Notes under the pieces: generated by a model
Told to the model about the DNA's origin: nothing
Seen by the model: only the letters and a program-made list of their open reading frames with translations
Databases searched by the model: none
Shown here: piece by piece, positions 46,901 through 55,700 of the stretch
Layout of the letters: every line of letters begins with the position of its first letter
Position numbering within the stretch: the first letter of the stretch is position 1
IMG/VR virus record: IMGVR_UViG_3300010885_017276
Location: 32,001 to 96,000 of that record
DNA from: a virus
Direction: 5' to 3' (one strand)
Length of the DNA: 64,000 nucleotides
Position numbers and translations under genes: made by a program

Positions 46901-49684
46901 GATCCTGTCTAACTCCTCTAAGAATTTAGGTGCAAGTTTCTCAACATCGATCTTATCTCCACCAGACAAAGCTGCCTCGGCATTCTTCTTATCGATAAAG
47001 GTCTTGTCTATCTTGTTGATTTCAAAGGCTAATGTAGCTTCCTCTCTAGCATCAGGAGATAACCTAGTATCTAGTTTATAGAACTTACCTGAAGACTCGA
47101 TAGTTACACCGTCCTCCGGCATACTAACTTCTATGATACCTTTCTTAAGACCCCCTAATTCATCGTGTAATGATTTAGCAGTTCTTCTTCTAAGGTTAAT
47201 CCCATCTAGGTTATGCTGATCTTGGTACTTGTATCTAGGTAGACCTTTTTCTGTTTTTACCCTTGCCATCAATTGACCTAAGTCTGTAGACAAAAGCTTC
47301 AAGAAGGTTCTAGTATTTTTACTAATGCCTAGGTCATCATATTCCTTTTCACGGTTTTCGTAGTATTCGTCTGTAAAGGAACGCTCAATAAAGGTGTTGA
47401 TTTCTTTTGTAACAGCATTCTTATATTCAAACTCAGCGTCCTTATCTGTGATAGGTGCTATAGTACCGTCCTCTATTTTCTTAGAGATTTGTTCTATTGA
47501 CTCTTGGCTTCCAGAGTACTGTTTGTATAGAGTAGCTCTAGTTTTAAGAACTTCCTTTTCAAACTTTTCCCAATCGTACAAGCTAACCACGTAACCATTT
47601 CCTTCAGAAAATTTAGCTAAGTCCTTTTCAAGGAAGCCTAACTCTCTGATTTTTTGTTGCCATTTTTTTACCCTAGACATGTACTTGTGCTCTGCATCTA
47701 AATTCATATCCGAGATAACACTACCCAAAATGTTCAATAATGGATCGTGAGCATGGGTAATTTGACCAAACCAAGAGTACAACAACTGAGTGTCCTTAGT
47801 TGCGTTTTCTATACCTTTGATCAAGTCATCTCTGTATTTATCATCAATACTATGTCTGACCATCAAACGGTCAACAACTCTGTTTAAGATGTTATTTTCT
47901 GTATTAGCTACCTCCCCCTTTACATTTGAGATTTCATCTAGTACATTTTTGATATCCTCTTCCAAAGAAGACAATTCCGGATCTTCTCTAACTAATACTT
48001 TTAGTCGCTCTAATACAGGAGCAATGTTTTCTTTTAGGTTGTATAATACAATACCTTCTTCGTTAGACAAGGTCTCGCCTCTTTTTTGAGCATCACGAAT
48101 AGCACCGGATAAATACACAGCGTATCGTTTGGCTAATTTTATAAGTTCTAGTCCAGAGCTTTTTGTCAAGGCTTTGTCCAAAGCGTCATTTAACCTCTGT
48201 ACCTCTGCTGTAGACCCCACACCTGCTCTTATCAAGGTTTTCTCTTGGTCTAGTAGTACTTGTACCAACAACTTAGCTACAGTGGCCTTAGAGTCCAACA
48301 TGGAGTTACCACTAGACTGTCCTGTCTGATACATTCTAAACTTTTTAGTTTTAGTTTGTTCAAGGTTAAGGTATTTGTTTATGTCTTGGCTTAATATTAA
48401 GTCTTCAACCTTCAGGGTCAAGTTTTCTAGGTCTCTTTTGTAGTCATCGCTAATGTTCAAACTATTAAAGAATTTTACAAACATGTCGTATATCCTTTTC
48501 AGGATATTGGCTTGTAGTTCTGTTTTACCCTCTGTGCTGAATCTAGTTTTCAAAGACTTAGCTAACTCTTTACCAAGTACCTCTCTTCTTACAAGGTTTT
48601 CAACTTCTTCAGCTGACATACCGGGGTTCTCCCTTGTGTATATCTCTCTGTAGTGTTGAGAATGCTCTTGGTAAGCCTCTGTCTTATTTATGTTTCTAAG
48701 TAGGTTTTCTATCTCTGCGTTATCCCAAGCTTCCACAATAAAGTGGCAAGTTTCCTCTGTCAGTAATTCTGGTGCAATAACACCGTCTTTGAATGCTACG
48801 ACTTGGTTTGCAATATCTGCTAAAGCTTCGGCAGATGGCTCTACACCATTGCGGATTTTGTAATTAGCAATGTAGTCTTGTATAGACATTACTTTTACCC
48901 CCATACCATTCAATAAATCTAAAAGCTTCAAGCTTAGATCTTTTTCTGATACAGTCGGTGGTTCTATTTTTGTACCTCCGGGCAAAGCTTCTTTTACTGC
49001 GTTGTTGATTGTCATCTGTAACGCAATGTCCTTCCCGAATCTTTTGGTCAATTCCTCTAAGGTGGAGCTTCTTATTTCTGAGATAGTTACAATTTCGCCA
49101 TTAACCTCGATGCTGTTTACTGCATCTCTTAGTTCTATTCTGCCATCAGTGTGAAGGGTTATGTTTTTACTGTTTAGATTAGTTACTGCGGACTCTTTGA
49201 TAAGTCTTTCATTAACCATCTGTAGTGCAGGGTCATTACCTTCTGCCTTATGGAAAGTCTTGCCGTCTTCTATTATCTTTTCATCAGACAATATGCCGTC
49301 TTTTATAAAGCTGTTGATAAACCCGTTGAAGGTGGACTCGTTAGTATTAGAAGATACAGACATAAAGTTTTGAAAACCCTTTCCTGTTTCTATACCAATT
49401 TCTATTAGCCCCCCTGTGGAGTTTGTCAATGCTTCTTTATAAGTCTGGAATACACTTCCTGTATCAGATCTAAAGGTCAAGGTTGGCTCCTCTAATTCAG
49501 GTTGGGATATTTCTTTTTTTTGCATACTCTGAGAGTATACGTTTTTGAACACCTCTAGGGCCTCTTCTAAAGAAGATACGTGGGGTAATCTAGCTATTTG
49601 CTTAAACAGCCTACTTTCAACTCCTTTTGGAGTAAGAACTGTTTTTATACTACCCTCTTCGTTAAACTTTATTGTACAAGTCAT
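43931..49684 (-). CDS. giant virion/ejection-type protein (1917 aa) with degenerate zincin domain and C-terminal TM segment
   Basis: LTEETCHF...REVLG...KRIYDMF zincin-like pattern; helical body; hydrophobic FMTALFLLTLSISGW. Confidence 0.7.
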   Translation of the reverse strand: MTCTIKFNEEGSIKTVLTPKGVESRLFKQIARLPHVSSLEEALEVFKNVYSQSMQKKEISQPELEEPTLTFRSDTGSVFQTYKEALTNSTGGLIEIGIETGKGFQNFMSVSSNTNESTFNGFINSFIKDGILSDEKIIEDGKTFHKAEGNDPALQMVNERLIKESAVTNLNSKNITLHTDGRIELRDAVNSIEVNGEIVTISEIRSSTLEELTKRFGKDIALQMTINNAVKEALPGGTKIEPPTVSEKDLSLKLLDLLNGMGVKVMSIQDYIANYKIRNGVEPSAEALADIANQVVAFKDGVIAPELLTEETCHFIVEAWDNAEIENLLRNINKTEAYQEHSQHYREIYTRENPGMSAEEVENLVRREVLGKELAKSLKTRFSTEGKTELQANILKRIYDMFVKFFNSLNISDDYKRDLENLTLKVEDLILSQDINKYLNLEQTKTKKFRMYQTGQSSGNSMLDSKATVAKLLVQVLLDQEKTLIRAGVGSTAEVQRLNDALDKALTKSSGLELIKLAKRYAVYLSGAIRDAQKRGETLSNEEGIVLYNLKENIAPVLERLKVLVREDPELSSLEEDIKNVLDEISNVKGEVANTENNILNRVVDRLMVRHSIDDKYRDDLIKGIENATKDTQLLYSWFGQITHAHDPLLNILGSVISDMNLDAEHKYMSRVKKWQQKIRELGFLEKDLAKFSEGNGYVVSLYDWEKFEKEVLKTRATLYKQYSGSQESIEQISKKIEDGTIAPITDKDAEFEYKNAVTKEINTFIERSFTDEYYENREKEYDDLGISKNTRTFLKLLSTDLGQLMARVKTEKGLPRYKYQDQHNLDGINLRRRTAKSLHDELGGLKKGIIEVSMPEDGVTIESSGKFYKLDTRLSPDAREEATLAFEINKIDKTFIDKKNAEAALSGGDKIDVEKLAPKFLEELDRIEKEEGREAAVEFFLLNTSLGFSSEFWNGFDTSETMMTYIDSYAQGPNAEQTWIDEIEKYKSQLEERKAILKRYQDSKNYTNTLASEIPAEVKEHILRLSEDIDRSYNLLYTLFKDVAQVGEEKEATTESTPNQAYYEALQDNRRNTTEEKLDFNYKNMTPENRKKVRNFSDILDDFASGRHVSDKQKELIKKISGINELSQILPSDIDGLKLKYAESKLAPYYRAFSPIGVSDFYKSLKSGNQSVTDLVTTLNERADIKISNNFSYYEMGEIKFKNENYKSDFEGGSRQPKLSKFLNPKFVDMFGPKLDSNNNPILKDGKIQPTRNQKMFDLYTEYMEFQKESLRSYGELGLQNLYLAPQISKTKFQKIQGLLQGKKGALKDMWLDATRFRVDEQAFGAEFQGESLIKKANIRIIPKYFLKKLEASTDVSEDLFNTSALFAQQAELYRAKKERFSEFAVLNDKVMNRVYPDGKAAEATNTYKMFKSYMDYNLFGVKELKQWRVNLPFLGQVDLTKIVNWLHNWVKNNSLALNVVVPLTSWITAETTLFLEKLIGQYVDKGSMAMANREFLKISTPAISEGLDINSKAKLSVMGEYFGAFDLNARFENSMYNKGVRTLSKSMYILHTAANFVPLSKAMLSQLYGHRVFGDKLVDFKKFEELQKLSDPNITMDSIKSNWEKLKDKTLYSYLDIKDNSVTYNYDKLAQDMGKTNGEEFQKEFRNMELGVVSKVKKLIERIDGQIKNEERTQLQRHVLGGFTMTHKAWLSIGTSNRFKRKHLNMQTGQFEEGSYLSVMRTFTNTINKGVASKSFMGAMTELKNMYKNADETERENIRRVLIESSFMTALFLLTLSISGWADDDDDSMLAQATAYMFERTANETSSSQFGILGEFYSSSKEPIVGLSKIENLASVQNLFDTSLVDRGRYSGLTNQEAYLIKNLVGAKSYFDLYSAKNLKSQRDAYNHFNNSESFVPIAMFINKESLEEDENSEE

Positions 49685-49700
49685 GTTATATTATTTTAGG

Positions 49701-49731
49701 CAAAATTACAATTTTTATTTGAGACTGCAAA
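49701..49731 (-). promoter_or_regulatory. sigma-A promoter for the 1917-aa gene
   Basis: reverse complement TTTG-N19-TAATTTTG. Confidence 0.7.
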
Positions 49732-49741
49732 ATAAATTAAA

Positions 49742-52700
49742 TTATTTACAGTTAAAATACTCATTATTAATTTGCTCAAGTTCTTTTTTAGTATAGTATT
49801 GTTTTGACTCTTTGAATATCTCCGGTGAGTTCTCTAGATGTTGGTATTGAGAGAAGTCGATGTCCGACAAAGGTTTTTCAATATCTGTCAATTTATAATC
49901 TGTGTCTACATCAGGTAACTTGTTATAAAACTTCACATTACCAAATTGGTAAATCATCTCGAATACCCCCACAGGAGTTCTCACGAAGGTCTCAGTTTCA
50001 TTTTTAGTAGCCATCACACCATCCTCTAAGTAAGTGTAATTACCCTTTAGTTTTTTGACACTTTCAGGATTGTTTACAACATCTTGTCTTTTCTCTTTTT
50101 GAGAATCTATGTACTCTCCGGCTTTTTCTTGAGACTCTAGACCTAATTTTAGAGTTCTTGATAATACATCGTATTGTGCCAATGATTCTTTGAACTCTTC
50201 GGGTAAACTCAAGATAGCTTCTGATTTGTTTATCTCGTCATTTGCTATTAACTCTATACCTCTTTCAGTAACTGTGAAGTACTTGTTGTTTGTTTCTAGA
50301 ATCCATTTGTTGAAGTCTTTTATAAAGTCATCTTTCAACATCTCCGGATCCATAGTCAAATCAGTCAAGCCTTGTGTGCTAACTTTTTTAGTATTAATTA
50401 CTAAAGGAAAGCCAAAGTACATCTTGTACAACAACATCTTTTCTAGCAATTCTGAATCTACTTGAAAATCAGGTATCTCTAGTTTAGAGATAGTCTTTGA
50501 CACATAGTTTTTCAAGTCTTCCACAGAGGTTATATTTCCTGGCAGTAGGTCAACATTTTCCATCATGCTGTCGTACATATCTTCTAAGGATTGCTCTGTA
50601 ACTATTCTGTAAACACCGTCTTGTTTCTTAACTAGGCTGTGGTCTCTGAATAATTCATACTCTGTATTTTCTGCATCCAAGAACACATCCGACATGTTGT
50701 CTGTTATTATTAACTCCTTTGAAGGCTCAGTTATGTCAAACATTGCATTGTACATGTCAGCAAAAGTAGACAAGGTTTGTTCTGAAGGTTCTACTAATAC
50801 ATCCTCCATAGCATTCAAAAAGTCAAGTACATCCTCTCTACTGTGAGTAATAGCTTTTGTTGCTAAGTCTCTCAGGTCAATGCCGTTTTTAGCAGCATCT
50901 TTCTTTATTTTATTCAAGATTTTGCCAATAGCATTTCTGCTCTCTTCCCAAGTCTCTTTTCTAATAGAGCTGTTAAGGAAATCAATATTTTCAGACATAC
51001 TTCCATTGTAATCATCTGTGATAGTGTTTGCAATACTACCTATGGTGCTTGGTAATTTATCAACAAGTTCCCCGTTTATTACAGTCTTTACTGGGACTGA
51101 TTTTGTGGTTTTGTTTAAGTCGTCTACCAATGCTTTGAACTCTTTGTCTTGAGCATATCTTTCAGCCAATACCCCATCTAAATTAGCAGGGATTTCTTCT
51201 GGTGCTACATCTGATACAGCATCTGCTATCTCTCGTTCTATCTCAAAAGGATTAGAGGATCTTTGTTTACCAAGTGAGGTTAATTCAGAAGACATAGGGA
51301 TTACAAAAATAGGGTTATACTCTACAGAAAACTCTTCTGTGTTTCTAAGCTTTAATAGAGTCTCTCTTATATTTCTTTGAATATCCGGAGAGTTCAATAT
51401 CATATCTATCTCGTAATCATTATACATCTTACTTCTTTCTAGCTTCATTCTGCTGAATGTTACAACACCCTTTGTGCTTAAAGCCTTCATCAGACTTGTG
51501 TATAGATCCTTTGAATTAGTTAATCCAAACCCTAACATAGCGTTTTGTACATCCATTACCTCTTCATTTTCAAGAGCTTCTGTTTTAGCAGAGTTAAACT
51601 GTAAAACTGTGCTTGCATCAGGTTCACCGTTTTTATCAAAACCTTTTGGTGAAACAGGTCTAGCTTTTCTAATCATTTCAAACCCTGATGTATTTCGGAA
51701 TCCTAGAGAGTTATAAAAGTCTCCTAGTTTATCTTCGTCTGTAATCCCACCATCTCTTGAACTTACTGCTAAGTATACATCTTTTCCAATTGAATCTGTA
51801 TACTTCAAGAAAGCTTCTGCTGCTTTTCTAGCGTTTCCGTTTCCTTTATTATCAGACTCTAGTAATTGAAGTTCTATCTGTCCTGTGTCTTCTCCGGTGA
51901 TAGGGTTTATTCTATCAGCAGCAAACACCCTAGCACCATTCATATCTACGACTGGTTTTCTAACATTGCTACTACTAGTAGTAGTAGTTTGAACTTTCGG
52001 CTCTTCTACTCTATTATCTTCTACTGAGTTAGTTCCGTATTTTTCTTGAACTTCAGATAAAAGACCTGACCTTTGAGCTGATGTATAGTACCCTTTAACT
52101 ATATCATTATTACTAGCTGTCACAATGTGGTCTAAAACTGTTATGCTGAACTTTTCTAATTTTCTAGAGATATCTTTTACCGAAGAAAAATTATCTTGAT
52201 TACCGTAAAATATAACACTTTTAGCAATTCCAAACTCTCCTATAAAGCTAGTCAATTCTTCGTACTCAATACCATCTTGAAAAACGTAGTTTCCAATAAT
52301 TTTATTATTTTGGTCTAAAATAAGAGCTGCATTTTTAGGCATAGCTGAAAATCTAAACTGTTGTATGACATTAGCGGAATCTTCAGCTCCAGCCACTTTA
52401 CCTAGAGGCTCTGATAAAATCTCTTGCTCATTAAGGGTATAAGTAGTTAAGTTTTCCTTTTTACCTTCTGTTTCAACTCTGGCTACACCTTTTGCTGATG
52501 TTAGTCCAAACTCATCTAATATAGTATATTGTTTACTATATGTATCCATTATAACATGCTCCAAAGAAATGTTTAATTCTTTTAGTCCAGAAGCCACTCT
52601 TGAAGTAATTTCTGAATCAGCCGCACTTGGGTTTAAGTTACCACTTGGGTGATTATGTACAAGATACACTTTTTTAGATTTGAATTTATTAACCCCCGAA

Positions 52701-55700
52701 AGAACTAGTCCGGGATCAATAACTGTACCTGTAGATCCCCCAACACTTAAAAATTGGATATGTGATTTACCTTTAGCATCCGTATGAACTGCAAATGCAT
52801 GCTCTACAGATTTGTTTTCTAGTAAGCTCATAATCTCAGCTACATCAGCAGCATTCTTTACTCTAGTTGTACCAGTAAATTGTAAATCTTTGGATTTATT
52901 CCAAATACCTTTTACTGAACGAAATACACCGTTGATTTTATCTCCCTCCCATTGTATTCCATCTCTTGAGTCGTAATCCACATCTCCAGATTCTGATAGA
53001 TAGGATACTCCACTTTCGGTTGTTGCTGTTGTTGATCTTCCTTCATATTCTTTTGCTCTTTTTGGTTTTGATAAAGCAGATTTTTTGTTTTTACTATCTA
53101 ATAGCATTTTACTATAGATATCTTTTATTCCAGGGTTTAATTCGTTGATGTCTCCAAAATAAGCTATTGCATCTTTTATAACTTCAAAGAACCAATCTTT
53201 TAGTCTTTTGAATATACCGTCAATATCTCCATTTAAGTTGGCACCTTCATATATGTATCTTTCAGCACCTTTTGCAAAAGCTTCTCTAAATTGTTTTGTG
53301 CCTTTTTTATGTCCGCTCCAATCTTCTACAATTTTAACTTCTTGTGTTGTTAATACATCTTCATATTTATGTGCTAACTCATGTACAGGAGTTGTTACAT
53401 CTGCATTATTTTTATCTAATAATATTAATGTAGATTCCTCTGTTCTTACAATAGCCCCTCTTCTATCTTGTTTGTCTATAGATACATCAAATCTATCGCT
53501 AGATACATCAAACCTAGTTGATGAAAGAAGATTTGGTACCTTAACGGCACTATTAACAATCCTTAATTTTTTATCTATTTTAGTAGTTGGAGGTAATAGT
53601 TCGTTTTCAGGAATCTCAATTGTACAGTTGTCAAATTGTAAATCATACAAAAAAGTTACATTTTTTCCTATGTTTAATACTCTATTATTTTTATTTATAT
53701 CAGAGTCTTGTATTACTATATCAGCTTTTATAACGGAGTTATCTGGGATATCTATCACTGCAATAGCTCTATCACTAGATATAAATCTAACAATAAAATC
53801 TGCATTTTCTGGTATAAAGTCTATATCTGTATTTTCAAAGTTGACAGTTCGGAGAAAATATGCATCTTTTATTTTTTCCATACCGCCACACTTTTCAAAA
53901 GTAGTAGTCGAGCCAAATAATGTACCTCTGCCAAAATTGCTATCTCCAAAATATATACTTTGGAAGTCTACAGTATTGTAAAACACAACATTATTCCCAA
54001 CATTAAATTCCTTTATTTTTTCAAAAATCGCAAAACCTTCTTTATCAGCACCTTCACCAGGTAACATACCTATTTTAGCTTCCGATTCTATATCTAATTT
54101 AATAAGATTTTCTAAAGCAATCCTATTTATTTTTGCCCCTTTAGATATTCTTAATGCAGTATTTGAATTACTCCAGAGTCCCGTACCCTTAAAACTAAGA
54201 TCATCTATTTGTACATCAGGCTCTATAACAAGTAATCCTCTACCATTATGAGAACTAAATTTTTTAAGTTTAGTTCCTTTTTCTATATTAAATTTTCCGT
54301 CAAAAGTTATATCATGTAGTATAACTTCTTCTAGACTAGAACTTTTACCTATAGTAAAATTTTCAATAATGGGAGCATTTGTTAAAATTAATCTTTTAAT
54401 TTGAGCCCCATTAGTTATATTAAGATCATTTCTTAGATGCACTTGATTAAGAAATAATTCTGATATCTTAGCTGTAGACGGGATACTAAAGCTTTTAGGT
54501 AACCCATCTAATCCTGGAAAATCAGCTATATTAAGAATTTTAAAATCTACATTATCTGGTATAGTAAACCCCTCTTCAAAATCACAAAGGCTTAATTGTA
54601 TAGTTGAACTATTTTTCATACCATTTGGAATTGCCCCTTTTGGTAAGTTTGACTCAGAAATTGTGATACCCATCCTAGAATTACTATCATTTGGCAATTG
54701 AAAACCCTTGTTGAGATAGCATTTGTTAATATATACTGATTCTAACATATTATTTTCCAACAAAGTAAAATCTTCAAAAGTGGTGTTAATTGCTGAAAAA
54801 CCACAACCTGCATATTTAGGTATACTAAAACCTTTTTCTATTTTTGAACCTGCTAAAAATATCTCCCCTATGCTAGAGGGGATTACAAAATCTTTTGATA
54901 TTTTAGAATCATCAATTCTTAGCGCACCATCTATTCTAGTACTTTTAGGTATTGTAGAATCTGTTATTGGGATTGTTGAAATGCTTAACCCTCTTTCAAA
55001 ATGTAAATTTTCTAAGAATTTAACACCTTTCGCCTTAAAAGATCGATCATATTGGAAAACATCTTTAAAGACACATCCATTACCAATAACTAGATTTCCA
55101 GATATATTAGATCCATCAAGAGAGAAATCTGTTAGTACAGAGTTATCTTCTATAATAAGATTCTTAAAATATGAATTTTCAATTTTAATAATCGCCTCAC
55201 CTAATTTTGGTAATATAAAATCATCCTTGAATACAACATTTTCTAACCCAAAAAACCCGTTTACTTTTCCAGAATTTCCAAGTTTTAGTTTTAAATCTTT
55301 TGAATTTTTTACTCTAAGTGCCTCAGTTTCATAATTGTCTCCTATTTCAAAAGAGGCCACATTTTTAATATTAATTGTTTTTTTGGAATAAAAGTTTTTT
55401 CCTATTTTTATAGATGACATAAGATTCTTAAATTTATCAGAAGTCTCAAACTCTATATCTGTTGCACTTACATTATCACCAATAATAATTTCAGAAGCAT
55501 TGTATATAGTTATATCACCTGTTACTTTTAAACCATTTGGTAAAGTAACTATATCTTTTTCATCCGAAGTATAGATAGTAAGATCACCAATTATAAGTTG
55601 ATTTTCTTGTATGTCAAATCCAGTTATTGTATTTACACTAGTATACTCTCTGTTACTGCTTATTTTGGAGTATATTTTGTATTTTTCGTTTACGTCTGGT

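Noticed and set aside
53500-55650. Repeat region as a diversity-generating retroelement target
   Set aside because: No reverse transcriptase or template/variable repeat pair is visible in this window.
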